A stretch of DNA of 64,000 nucleotides from Penicillus capitatus (GCA_965649825.1 OZ287701.1:1381539-1445538); one strand, 5' to 3'; shown: positions 1 to 12,723, counted from the stretch's first letter. Notes: a model not told the origin generated them from the sequence alone. Program-made: numbers and translations.

Positions 1-400
1 CCGTTGTTCATCGACGCTGATCGTCGGTGTTCAGACGGTGGACGGTGACGAGGAGACGTGCAAACGCTTTCATTCGTCGAAGAGCCATTGTGCGACGCCG
101 CGTCCTTCGAGTCGCGGATGGACAGTGTTTCTGACCCCGACCTAAAACCGACCACAGTGCCGTCGGATGTGACAGAGAGCAAACACGCTTTCCACACCTC
201 ACAGAGCATTTTTCAAGGAGAAACGTTTTCTTTTCTTTTTCGTAAACGAAGAGTGTTTTCCAAGAATCCAGTTTCGTTCGGATGGCACAAACATCGCGCA
301 TAAATTCTTCGACGACGGTCTCAGGCAGAAGCTCCATTGTCTCTTCGAACAGACTATACACATCTGAAAATCTCGAATGCGTAACGAGGAGCGCCGATAT
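1..400 (-). CDS. Partial protein of unknown function (runs off window start)
   Basis: ORF 8..457(-) contains a coding-like helical stretch (YSLFEETMELLPETVVEEFMRDVCAIRTKLDSWKTLF) and a probable GT donor near 225; no family recognised and boundaries uncertain. Confidence 0.3.
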
Positions 401-1149
401 ATGAGAGAACTCCATTGCAATGAAGAGACGTCGAACACAAGTAAAGGGGCTGCACACTTAGGCAGTGGAGTCTACGGAATTCGTAGCACGAATACAAGCC
501 GGTTGGCGGATTATTCAAAAAGCAAAGGGCAGAATGTTTTACAACCGACGGACGGGATGGTGCTGTTCGTACGTTCGATCATTCCGCGCCTCTTGGCCGC
601 TTTGGCGACATCTCCATCGCGAGGCGATGTGGCATGGACAGCGGGGATCGGTGCCGTCCATGCGACCCTGTCATTCAGCTTTGCGAAATGGAGTCGTTTT
701 ATAACGCCGCGTTATGCGAAACTCGGCCCATGGGGTCTCATCGGAGTGGTTGTGAAAACACTGATAACGCCATCGATTATCGAAGAAGCGATCTTTCGAG
801 GCGCTCTCCTGCCACATCCGGCAGTTGACGAGGCAATGACATGGACAGCCTCGTTGGGAATGACAGCCCTTGCCTCGAATCTGCTTTTTGTGATTTATCA
901 TCTCTCCCCCTGGCATCGACCCAAAAAGGTCGCGCTGTGTGTCCAATGCCATTTCAGTGACATGCGTGGACCGCGTGTCAGGTGTTCTCGGATCGTCGGT
1001 TTCTGACATTGGCTGGTATCCTTGGAATGGCATGCACGGCTGTGTACCTGCCGAATGGATGTCTCTGGATGTCCATTGCCGTACATCACATCACAGTGGT
1101 GACCTGGCTGTTGTTTCTTGGTGGATACGATCAACTGGGCAAACCGTAG
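377..1149 (+). CDS. CPBP/Abi (CAAX protease-like) intramembrane metalloprotease
   Basis: EEAIFRG motif, FVIYH motif, GT-AG intron 929..981, then VFSDRRFLTLAGILG...SIAVHHITVVTW (HxxxV motif) and TAG at 1147-1149. Start could be 377 or 557. Confidence 0.85.
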
Positions 1150-1388
1150 ATGAAAGAACAATGACATACCTCTTCCTTTTTACATCATTATCCAAAAACT
1201 TTCCAATCGACGGCACTCTCCTATACCAAAACCGCCTGTGCTGTCGGCGCATGATCCTAGATACACAAAGAGTGTCGTTTAGAGAGTGCGATGATAGAAG
1301 TGCGTGATAAGGGGATGCGGCACTGTGGAGGTGTCCATCAAGCGCCGTCGAGATCCACCCCATCGCAGGAAAGTCACATTTCCTGACC

Positions 1389-3527
1389 TCATGGCAGATG
1401 TGATCCTTGACGATTCGAGAAACGTGGAGAAGATGTGTCTCTTTTCCTGAAAGGACAGGACAGTCAGGGATCGCCGTTTTGCTCTTGGTCGAGAATTGAG
1501 CACCGCTGTCCCTCGTTCACTATGCGCCCGAGACCTGTTCGTTCGTTCTGCAGACGCGTCGCTCTGTCTCTCTCTTCCTGACAAAAAACATACTCCGTGC
1601 GATATGACATCATACAATGAATGACGACCGTGCCTGTATGCGTTTCTGCTGTGTCTGCAACGTATCTTTCTTTGCCTGTTTGTTCAGCTGTGCTGCGGTC
1701 AGTCGTCTCAATCTCTCCTGTGGTGTCTCCTTCTTTTTCTCACTCTATTGCATGTTTAGGGGACACTATGATCGTCGACAGAAAGTGTGACTTGCGACCT
1801 TCAGTTTCTTGCTTTCTTGAAGAAGCTCTCTCGCGGACTCTTCGCTCTTGATCTGCTCCATCCGCGTTCTCTCCTCCTCTTTTCGCTTCCGCGCCGCCGT
1901 CCGTTGCTCGAATCCCAATCGACTCGGATCGAACATTCTAGACAACCATCCATCTTTCTAACCAGTGCGCGTTGGGTAAGAATCGTCGGACTCTGGCTCG
2001 GGTGGGAGGTCTTGAATTGGATTCAGAGATGCTTTTTCCCTGCGGGACGCACGTGTGATGTTCGAGATGACGTAGAGAATGTGTGATGGCCAAATCACGC
2101 GATTCGGCCAAAGGAAAGTTGAATTCCGACCGTGTAGAGTGGATCGCATCGAACACATCCTCTGCTTTCGCAATCTCATCCGCATCGTCACGAAAGACCG
2201 TGATGAACTGAGGCTTTCCCATACTCTCCTCTTCCCTCTCCAATGGCAGCACCCGACGCCTCGGTACTTCTGTCTCTTTGGAGAACGTTGCTTGATAGAG
2301 CGAACTGAAAATAGACACATAACCGTCAGTCACTCTTTGCAGATAGGGTTGGTGTCAGGGAGGCATGACTTGGGCAGAGCGGTCGGTGACTGTCTTCCTC
2401 CCCGTTGGCATCGACGGAGGGTGGCATCTGGATGCAAACCCTGTCCTGCCATGCGCCGTGCCCGTTCGGCATGTTTCTTTCGACTCAATCTCTGTGGTCT
2501 GTTGGCATCCCTCAGCCACAGTGAAGTGACAGGTCGTGTGTGGAACCTGGAGAATCGAAGCTCCTTTAGGGCACTGGTTTCGCCCTCCATCTTCATCACG
2601 CGTTTGAGTTTGTGACAGAAATTGGGCAGTCCGAAGTCCTCTCTGCCAATTCGATCCAGTAGATTACGGTTCAGGGATCGTCCGGGTTTCTTCCCACGGT
2701 GCGTCGGCGTCTCCGATTCCGATTCTTCGCTTTCGGAACTCGGTCCATCCTCCAGCAGCGCCGCCGTTGTCCCATACACCGCCATCAAACCTAATCTCCA
2801 CACACAGCAATGCCAGAACGAATAGGCATTCTGGCATACCAGATGAAATATTGGATGCTGTCTGGGCACCATTGAATTCGGAGTATGGATGTGCGATTGC
2901 CTGAGTCGCCGCAGCTTTGGCGGCCGCACGCATCTCCACGCTTTCTTTTTCTGCCAGCTGCAGCACTTCCCCCTCTGGCAGTTCCAGACTCTTCATCCGG
3001 ATCAAATCGCGATAGGCCTCGAAATCCACCAACTACGCGACACATCATCACTCCTTTCCACTGTGGTGCTGATGTCCAATCACATGCCTCCATCATTTCT
3101 ATATGCTTTTCACCCAGAGATGGTGGTCTCTTGCGTCTAGAAGGATCTTGAATGAAATCCATCAAAGCTCGGCCATCGTAGCGATCGATCATGTTATCCG
3201 GTTCTCCGTTCCACGGAATCATCACTCCTGCAAAGCGACAACAGCGATGGGCTTTCCTGATGGCAAAGCGTATTCCACCCGTTCCGTTCTGGATTTGCTG
3301 ATAGAGGTCATTGTTTTTATGGATAGTGGCGCCGTGGCCTTCGACCATGAGAAAATTGATAGGATGGTCTGTCTGCACGACGATCCCTTCGTCGAGGAAG
3401 GCAAACGAAGGGACTCGACCTGAGACCCGACATGCTCCGCCCGACGTTCGGCGCGTCGTTTGCTGTCATCTGTCAGTGCCTTGAGACGACGCACATGAGC
3501 GCGTGCCTCGTGATAGTAGTTTGCCAT
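1389..3527 (-). CDS. CLASRP: CLASRP/SWAP-family (DRY_EERY domain) splicing regulator, multi-exon
   Basis: N-terminus YYHEARAHVRRLKALTDDSKRRAERR, then IPWNGEPDNMIDRYDGRALMDFI and FEAYRDL, and a C-terminal ETPQERLRRLTAAQLNKQAKKDT segment typical of this family. The 3' end is uncertain. Confidence 0.8.
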
Positions 3528-3613
3528 CGCGGTACACCGCGTTGCGATAACGATGTGACGTTTCTATTCAGATCGCACAGAGAAAGCGACGAGACCTCGT
3601 GCTTTACAGCTGT

Positions 3614-5258
3614 TCATTTTCCTTTGGATGTCACATTGAACTTGAAGAAAATCACATCGCCGTCCTGTCATGTGTCCATGTGATGTGACAGCAGAAAAGT
3701 GTAACCGTATAACCTGAACGACATAGTTCTTTCCTTCCTGTCGATACTTCCCAGCCGCCTTGACTGCCGATTCCGTTTTGAGCTCATGCAATTCATCGAA
3801 CTTCATCACCTCAGCGCAGATGAATCCCCGTTCAAAATCCGAATGAATCGCCCCTGATGCACACAGGCGGCCGCCATCACTATGAGCGCAGTCACGGTTG
3901 TTGGAGAGACCTGCTGCTTGTGGCGCTTTAGAGCCTTTACGAATCTGCCAGCACTTGACTTCATCAGGCCCCGCCGTGAAGAAATAGATCAACTGGATCG
4001 CTCTGTTGACCATAGGGATGAAGATCTGATCGCCTCGAGGACGATATGTCGAGATACTTGAAGCCGGTAGTGATGATTTTTGGTAGGGCGCTATGGATGT
4101 CGTGCTCTTTGCTGTAATTCTGTTCTTCCTCTGGTGACATCTCTTGGAGATTCGTTTCCAAAGCGGCCGAGAATGGAATCAACGGCTCCCCTCCGTGTTC
4201 CTACATCCATGACAGCGACCACCGTCCCCTCCACCGTGCATCAAAGACGGCAGCACTGACGCTGATCCATTGATATGTCTTTGCCAGCCATTTGTTCTTC
4301 TTTCTCTGGTAGTCTTTCTCGCTGAGATTAATGAGATAGACAGCAGGCTTTGCTGTCAGCAGCATCAGGGTGTTGAGAAACTCGATCTCTTTCAGTCCCC
4401 ACGTACCAAACCTACCTCCATCCACTCCATCTTTGATGTGACAGCTCACGAAACGCTACCTGATATCGTTGCCCTCCCGTAGATAGGCAACGATCTTTTC
4501 GCAGTGTTCCATTTCATCTTTTTGATCCTTCGTCGGTTGCCTCACTTTGTTCAAGTCCTGTGTCCAATGCGGTTGGTTGGGTGAAGATACAGGGAGATGA
4601 AAAGGTGCCGTACGCTAAGGTAGTTGTTCACACGTTCGATGTCTTTGGCCCTGAGCTCTGCGTGAATGATCTCGAGATCTTCAACAGGATTCACCCGATC
4701 TTCCACGTGGGTCACATCAGGATCCTCAAATGCTCGGCAGACGTGCATGATGCCATCGACGGCCTGAATGTTGGACAAGAAGGCATTTCCCAGTCCCTCG
4801 CCCTCAGCTGCCCCGCTGTCACATCACCGACCCATCGTGAAACACATCAAGTCTTGTGAAATCGCACCGGACGAGGCCTGCGATATCCACGACCTCCAGA
4901 AAGGCAGGGACGTGACTCTTGGGCTTGTACAAGTCCACCAGCCAGTTGAACCTATCGTCTGGGACATTGACTCGGGCCTACCGCCGTGGGCCTAGCGTCA
5001 TGGATAGTGACCAGCGATATCGGAGGCGATACTTTGTTGGGGTCTATGGTGCAGAAAGGGAAGTTCTCGGCAGGAATGGCCACTTTGCAGATGGCATTAA
5101 AGAGCGAGCTCTTTCCCACGTTTGGCAAACCGACAATCCCGATCTGCCATCGACACTCGACGCCGTGGGAAGACGGGAATCGCGCAGTGGACCTTGAGAT
5201 TCGATTTGAATCGCCCGAGAATGGGCTTCTCCTCAACGGCGTCGTTTTTCTTCGGCAT
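3614..5258 (-). CDS. OLA1: Obg-like ATPase 1 (YchF), multi-exon, intact
   Basis: [12 protein letters not shown]-loop, [74 protein letters not shown]; GT-AG introns join in frame; TGA at 3614-3616. Confidence 0.96.
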
Positions 5259-5409
5259 CGGCGACAGTCGTGATGTGACAAGTCCATCAATCACCCACCA
5301 ACGTCATTACATTCAACTGAGAAATGTTCAACAACAGCAGTAATGGTTTCGAGTGTCCCATTGGCAAAGGGAATGCGATGGATTTTGATTTGAGGATAAA
5401 AAAGATCGT

Positions 5410-5850
5410 CTATTTGATCTCAATGCGGCGCACGCCGCTGTCTTCCTTCACTTCTTTGCGCGGAATCGACACAGAGAGGACACCGCGATCGAGCGACGCT
5501 TCAATGCGATCAGGATCGGCGTCGCGTGGGAGTTGCAACGAACGGGAGAATGTCAACTGCGATCTTTCGTATCGCGTGGAGCCTCCTTCTTCGCCTCGCT
5601 TCTCTTCTTTTCTCTCTCCCGACACGGTCATGCGATTGCCACGCACTTCGATATTGATATCGCCCTTGTCCATCCCGGGAGCGTCGGCTCGGACGACATA
5701 CGCCTCAGGCTTCTCGATAAGATCCATGGGACAGGACCCGACCGTTGACGGAAGGAAAAAGTCACCTGGCATTCGACGCTGGAAACAGCGATCCACTGCT
5801 TCCTCCATTTCGTCAAAAATCGATCTTCCAAAGTAGGGACGCAAAGACAT
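5410..5850 (-). CDS. Small heat shock protein (HSP20/alpha-crystallin domain), intronless
   Basis: PMDLIEKPEAYVVRADAPGMDKGDINIEV...VSGERKEE...RYERSQLTFSRSLQLP...ASLDRGVLSVSIPR; ATG at 5850. Confidence 0.93.
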   Translation of the reverse strand: MSLRPYFGRSIFDEMEEAVDRCFQRRMPGDFFLPSTVGSCPMDLIEKPEAYVVRADAPGMDKGDINIEVRGNRMTVSGERKEEKRGEEGGSTRYERSQLTFSRSLQLPRDADPDRIEASLDRGVLSVSIPRKEVKEDSGVRRIEIK

Positions 5851-5896
5851 GTTGCTGGTCTGACGAATCGTGAACGGTTGAACGAGGAATGCCGAC

Positions 5897-5935
5897 TTAT
5901 ATACGACTGTCGAGCATTCAGGAACTCTCTCGAAT
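5897..5935 (-). promoter_or_regulatory. Heat shock element plus TATA box upstream of HSP20
   Basis: 5916-5935 reads aTTCa-gGAAc-tCTCt-cGAAt: four alternating nGAAn units with one mismatch. TATATAA lies on the minus strand at 5897-5903, between the HSE and the HSP20 ATG. Confidence 0.8.
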
Positions 5936-6137
5936 CTTGGCGCATGTTCATGATGACGTGGATGTGACCGTCGCGTCGAAAAGACGTTGCATCCATGAAA
6001 CGCGCCGCTCCGTCGCCACTGACGTGGCACCGAACAGCGTCATTCGATCGTCGAGAACTTCGATAACATAAGACGCCACAATTAACATTGTCTGAAGATA
6101 ATAACGAACGGGTGTTGCACAAGGGCGAGGGTACACC

Positions 6138-9100
6138 ATGTCCGACGCTATGCTTTCTGCCAGTACACAGTCCGTCAAACACGTCGGTCAGCACAACAGC
6201 AGCCATTGCACCAAGCGTGATATTTATATGAGTGAGATGCTGTGTAGAAGCTGCGGTGCATCGCATGCGTTCTCGATTGAAACGGCGTCCAAGTTTGGTC
6301 TCCGGTTATCTCCGTCCAGAATCGTTTGCCTGGAAAAAATTTATCTCCCTCGATGGAGAAAACAGTGCCTACACAACGGTGCTGCTCATCTGCATGAATC
6401 TTGCCGTGCGTTCTTTCCATTCGCTGTCTCGTATATGACGAGGACGATGTGTTGGTGGCATCTGCAGTTGCTGATTTGGTTCTTCGAAAGAGGGATCCTC
6501 GAAGGACGCGATGAATTTCTGGACAATGTCGATTCTGGCATTGCAGCTAAACGCCTCTTTCGATCGCTCATCCTGATCATCTGTGCCATCTTTAATGGCT
6601 TCTTGGCGTTTCTTCTGTTGGCAATGAATCTACGAGACGTTCGTTTGATGCCGTCCACCGTGGAAACGCGTTGGCTGTTCGCTTCAGGACTGGGATCCCT
6701 CGTTGCCAATGGAAGCGCTGCATACATCATCTACAGCGCTCAGAAAGCGTACGAGTGGCGTATCGATGATGGAAGCTACGAGAAGCCGTTTCCACATTAT
6801 ATGATTATCTCTGTCTTCGCCCTCTTTATGTTTGTCATGAACACAATGTACATAAGGATCGTGTATCTGCCGTTCATCCGATGCAGACCAACGGGATGGA
6901 AGCTTGTCCGAAGAAATCTGTCGCTGATACTGGAGCTAGGCAGACGAGAACGCGGCGAAACCTCCTTTCGCGAAAATGTGAGAATCGCTAGGAGTTCGTC
7001 TCCGTTGGCGAATAGTGTGACCTCAGGTGATGCATCATTTGTTACGGTTGCTACACCGAGTGGCTGGTGTCTACAACTTCTTCGTCTTCTACTACTTCGA
7101 ATTCTATGAAATCATCATCATGCAATGCTACAAGATATACCAGAGGCAGAGATCTTGCGTTCGGATGAAGGCCGCTTCGTGTGTCATCTCTGAAGTGGCA
7201 CTCAGTCCGGCGCGTTTGATACGATGGTCGCCCATCATTCAAATCCCTCTCTATCTCAGTCGCAAAACGAAGACGATGATGGAGGTGAGGAGGAGGCAGA
7301 GAGTGGCACCGAAAACATGAGATGGCGGCGGGTGTGCTTTAGAGAATGTCAGGGATCTTTCAACCATTGCAGGCATTTGCTGATGCCGCACGGATAGCAG
7401 GGGGACATGTCGATGCCCCATGGTATCAACGCGTCTTTCGAGGAGTCCTACAAGTCCTGGATCGTTTCGTCTTCAGCTTCAATCACATCAAACCGGAGGT
7501 CCATCGCTGACTGATGTGACTGCGATCGATCCTTGATGCGTGTTTGATGTGACAGGTTCAGCGGACGGCCGATGATCTATGGGATAGCATCAAAGAGGAC
7601 GAGACCTATTCGCATTCATCCTGGCTTAAGGCTGCTTCCGTCACCGCCGCCATCTTGCTGGTGTACTGGGGCGTCTTCATGGCTAACGAATTTCGAGGCT
7701 ATATGGACGATGTCTATCACCCGACGCGAAACTGCATGATCCACAATCCTGGCGTCTCGAATTTCTTTCTTCGCTTCATCGGATTCTCGCCTTCTGATGA
7801 TACAGTGCCGAAAGAGGAACAGACACAAAATGTCTGCACACTGACTCTGTCCTCACTCGAAATGGACCCGGCCGCTCCGCCAGTCGATCTAACAGATCCA
7901 GCTTTGATCCAGAATGCAACGGCTGCAGCGCCGACCCTTGTGGATAGTGCGACATCGATGGCCGCGAATACGTCGCTTGCTGAGAATGTGACATCGATAA
8001 ATCCGCAGCCAGTGACCGAAACGGGTCAGCAATTCATCCAGGATGCAACATCTGACCCGTCCCAGATCCAGACAGCAATAACAAATTCAAGTGCTGCTCA
8101 AGAAGTGACAGATCGGCTGCCTACCAATCTCACTGACCTGCCAGCCACACCCTTTACGCCGACTGGAGATAACAGAAAACTGCTTCAAGGTGCAGCTGCA
8201 GATCCAGCCCTTGATTTTCTTTCGCCTGCCGTCGAAGCCGTTGCACCAGAATTTGATGCCGCCACGTTAGCGCGGTTTTCTCAATCGCTTGCCACCCGTG
8301 TGTCCCAAAATCGAACAGTAGATCGGCTGTATAACTGTGACAACCGACGTCGGGACAGCGATGTCTGTGTGTCACTCTCGGCCGTCAACATGGCGGAAGA
8401 GATGCTGTCCAACACCACGAACAGCAGTTGGCAGCCAAGCGATGAGTTCTTCAATTCCTTCACGGGAGACATGGTCTATCTCTTCGATGTGTACATGCGG
8501 AATCTGGAGTGGTCTGTCTGGGTCGGATTCGCTGTTGGATTGCTCTTTGGCATCTGGACGTTACTTTCCGTGATGGGCCAGTACAAGCGTCTCAGTCTCG
8601 CCATTCGCTCAGGACTGTTCACAGATTTTGACATCGAACGGCAGTGCGAGCTGTCCAGGACGAAGAGCCAGAAGATGGGACTGCTCAAACGCGTGGACAG
8701 TGTGATCACGACGCATTCCTTTGCCAAAGTGATTGTGCATTACCCTATGAGCACATCGATTTTCTTCTCGGGCATGCTCATCAGCACCGCCATCTTGCAG
8801 TTGGTCGTATTTGGTGGTCTCGTGGCGAGCATCTTCTCACTCATTGCTGCCATGACCGATGATCATGTCTTTGAATTCGTCAAACCGGCGCTCTGGACAT
8901 TGCTGGCCTTCTGCATTACCTGGATGGTTAATGGACCCATTGCCACGTTTGTTTTGGGCGAAGGGCTGCTCGTCTCAAAGTTTCATGTGATCCACGAGAT
9001 CGCGTTTTTCATGTTTCTCTTGGTTTTTACCTCCGTCCATCTGGTGGTGGGCATCTTCTTGGCCTTCTTCAGAATGCTGTGGGTTCTCCTGACGTCGCTC

Positions 9101-9490
9101 GTCACCATTAACCGACTCGACAAAAACCTCTTCAGCATGTACAAGGAGCGCGACATTGGACACAAATCCTTCATGGCTCTGGTTCTGATGCAGCACGTTT
9201 TTCACGTGAATCGGTCTGGAAATGTTGAGGAGATGAGTCGATGGGCTGATGTGCTAAATCAACTGGAGAGCAGTCGTCTTCGCCGGACAGAAGGCAAATC
9301 CACAATCCTGCGACATCAGAGCGAACCGTTTGAGCTTCTCGATGATCAACTCGGTGAAATTCGCGAAGAACGAGATTCGGAGATCATGGAACAGGGACAG
9401 AGCACCTTTGCCCAAAATAGGCAGACGCGACATGAGCAGACAGCTGTCCAAATGCCATCGATGGAAATGCAGCCAAGTCAAAGGGATTAA
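6138..9490 (+). CDS. STRA6/RBP-receptor-like multi-pass membrane protein with large S/T-rich loop, multi-exon
   Basis: Exons 6138-7600 splice in frame into ORF 7655..9490 (...KPE|VQRTADDLWDSIKEDETYSHSSWLKAASVTAAILLVYWG). Many hydrophobic segments, so membrane topology is well supported. C-terminal blocks resemble STRA6/STRA6-like proteins as I recall them; the family call is unsearched. Confidence 0.7.
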
Positions 9491-9808
9491 GTCACTGACT
9501 GGAGCAAGGACACGCTGTTGACTCCGTTGCTCTGCAACGAACGGGATTGCAGATAGGATGCACATCGCTTAGACACTAGTCGTGGCATTTGTCAGGCTAT
9601 TCCTGCAAAAACTCTGTTACCATACACACTTACTGGAAGATATTGTAATATTTCATTCGCGTAGCGAATTGAGCGTGTATTCTTAGTATGGGAACAATCT
9701 CAGTGGAGAATGGATGATAGGAGAGACATATTTGTGACCTGTCATGTGTTTGGAATGTAGACAACGGTATTGAGTGTTGGTACGTGCAGATGAGACATCG
9801 TGCGTTCG

Positions 9809-11475
9809 ATGCTCTTGCGTTTCGTCCGTGCCCTGCGGCCAGCCATTTCGTCGGAGAGCACTCTCAAGATCCGTCTGCGCCACCACTGTCGTATGGCATC
9901 GACCATTCCAAGTGCTCAGAGTGACGAAGTGCGTCCTTGTAGATGCTCCCCTCAGTGATCAACCACTGCCACAGGTCCTCGTGGAGAAGAGAGGCTCTCT
10001 CGTCATCTCCACCCTCAACAGGCATGCCACCCACGATCGATGAGCAAAGAGACGGACGGTCGTGCGATGCATTTAGGCCGCGTGCACTCAATGCTCTGAA
10101 CACCCCGATGGTGTGCACGACGATTGATGCCGTCTTCTTTGACGATCTCTTTCTTCAGATCATTCGACTGTTGGAGCATCTCAAGGAGTGGAATGCCAAT
10201 GAGGGTGACGTCGGAGCGGTGGTTGTCCAAGGGGCAGGAGGCAAAGTGCGTGTTCTCTAATCTATTGTGTCATGACGGATGCGTGTGTGATTGTGACATG
10301 TGTCAGGCGTTCTGTGCTGGAGGAGATGTCAAGCATGTTGTTCAGAGCGAGAGGGTCGAGGAACGGATCGAGTTCTTCAACCATGAGTACCGCATGAACT
10401 ACGCTGTGGCCAAATTCCGCAAGCCGTTGATCTGCCTCATGGATGGAATCGTGATGGGCGGCGGATGCGGCATTGCCATGCACGCGTCTTTCAGAATCGC
10501 CACCGAGAGGTAGGTGTTTGGGACACAGCAACGCCTACCTGTCACATCATTTCTGTCGCAGAACGGTCTGTGCCATGCCAGAATGCGTCATCGGTTTTGT
10601 ACCGGACATCGGATCTTCCTATTTTCTCAACAGATTGCCGGACACCATCGGAGTATATATGGCGCTAACTGGGAAGAGAATCCGAGGTCAAGATTCGGAT
10701 CTTCATCTGTTATGCCTTCTTCAGTATGGAAGCAGGTCTGGAACTCAAAGCTGTGGGATTGGCAACGCACTATATCGCATCGGACCAGATGCCGACCGTC
10801 CTGCAGCATCTGACGGACATGGGAACGACAGTGCGCGATCACAGTGCCGTGAATACAATGCTGAACAAACTAGAAGTGCGCCGCCGCCTCTGTCCCGTGC
10901 CTTTTCGTGATACGCTGGTCGGCGATGTCGTTTCAGGTGCATGGTCACTTAAAAGAGATGCCGTCTCTCTTCGGCCCCCTTTCGCGCATGGGATCCATGT
11001 TTAATCCTTTTGAGTTTTCGCTCGAAGCGCTGATGGCGAGATTGGCATCGGCAGACGACGAGCCTTCTAAAGAGGCGCTCGAAAACATAAACAGGTCTGT
11101 TCTTTTTCCTCGAGATGGACGACGGTATGCGTGCCTTGTACAGTGGCGCACCTCTGTCTGTGTCTCTGGCATATGAGCTGATGAAACGCATGGCAGGACA
11201 ACCGCTGAAGACGTGTTTGCAAACAGAGATGACATTGGCTGCCAATCTGTCAAGAGGCGAGGGCGAGTTCTTTGAAGGAGTGCGTGCGTTGCTCATCGAC
11301 AAAGACAAGACGCCGAAATGGAAGTACCATAGATCACAGGTCCGTCCATAACGACAAGACATCTGCACAGACTAACAACGAGGCTGCCTCTTAGATCACT
11401 CCAGAACTGATCGATCGATTCTTTCAGTCAAGAGAAGGGGATCCTTTACTCTTTGACCCCATCGCAAAACTTTAG
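9809..11475 (+). CDS. HIBCH: 3-hydroxyisobutyryl-CoA hydrolase (crotonase fold; CHY1/HIBCH-like)
   Basis: TLNRPRALNALN, AFCAGGDV, MDGIVMGGGCG, AMPECVIGFVPDIGSSYFLNRL, EFFEGVRALLIDKDKTPKW; last exon ends DPIAKL-TAG (11473-11475). Confidence 0.92.
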
Positions 11476-11617
11476 TGTGATGGTGTCTTTTCTCGGAGAT
11501 CTTTTGCTCAAGTGCTGTCGGCTTTGTCAGGGGTCTTGTCATCGAGAGCGCCACATATAAAGCGTGGGAGATTGGTGATTTTCTCAATGTCGACAGCCGA
11601 GAGCGTCATTCGATGCG

Positions 11618-12723
11618 ATGTTACTTCAAAACAAACTGATCGTGTGCTCCCTCACAGCGAACAACCGAACGGTAACACAAATCGGCGCATGTATTCCACG
11701 TCCCCCCTTCGACGCGGTGCTAATTCTCAACCGTCGATGCCAACGGCTTCATTCACGCCTGTTTTCTTTGCAGCGTCCGTCCGAGGTATCAACATCGAGA
11801 CGGTCCATCCTGACAGCCCTCCCGATCATCGCCTTGCCATCTCTGTGGTCATTTGGACAGCCATCTGTCTCGCATGCGGACACAAAGAAGCAGCTATCGA
11901 GTGAATTCATTGCTGCTTTCAACAAGGCCTTGAGCCAAACGGACGATCCCGCTAAGGCAGACCGGTCCTGGACGGATGTGATCCAACTCGATCCGACAAA
12001 CTCTTATGCCTGGAGCAATCGTGGGACCATCCGTCTACAGCAAGTTTGTCCGTCCTCTTCCTCGATATATATACGGACTAGGCTACAGGGGGAGTGGAAA
12101 GGGGCCAAAGAAGATTTGCTCAAGGCTTACGAACTCGAGACAGCAGACGGCAAAGCGAGTGGCATTTTGCTGAACAATCTAGGCAATGTGTATGGCGCAT
12201 TGGATGACTGGGAGACGGCGATAGAGAAGTTCAGAGCGGCATCACTGGAGCCAGCGATGACGCCCATTGCTTTGGGAAATCTCGCCTTTGCTCTCTTCCA
12301 GGCATCGAAAACCTATTGCCCTTCGGATGCCATCCTCTTTTTGTGCAGTTGGAGAGGACAGACGAGGCAATTCGTCAAGCCAAGGCACTTCTGAGAAAGG
12401 ATCCAAACTTCCTCGACATGCGAGCGGCGCTCACAGGATTTCTGTGGTCGATTGGCGAGGAGGGAGAGGCAGAATCTCAATGGTCGCAGCTGCAGGCGGC
12501 AAACGATGGACTTGGAGGTATGTCTACGCCCCACGATGTATCAAGCGCATTGCTGAATGGCGCAGGCGAGATCTATAAGAAGGAGGTAGCGATAGAGAGA
12601 GTGCAGGGAAGGTGGCCGCCTCGTGCTGTCGCTGCCTTGGACGCTTTCCTGAAGGTATCGCGTCAAGGGGAATCTCTGGACTATGATCAAACCAAGAAGA
12701 CATTTTCATTCACCTTGTCTTAA
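11618..12723 (+). CDS. Plastid-type TPR protein (cyanobacterial-like, RWPP motif)
   Basis: Transit-like N-terminus with RR plus hydrophobic stretch and A-x-A-like site; TPR motifs (AWSNRGTIRLQQ, LLNNLGNVYGAL, LLRKDPNFLDMRAAL); C-terminal GRWPPRAVAALDAFL. Confidence 0.8.

Noticed and set aside
1621-5836. Plus-strand ORFs of 100-180 aa overlapping CLASRP, OLA1 and HSP20
   Set aside because: Antisense shadows of well-supported minus-strand genes with no recognisable motifs.
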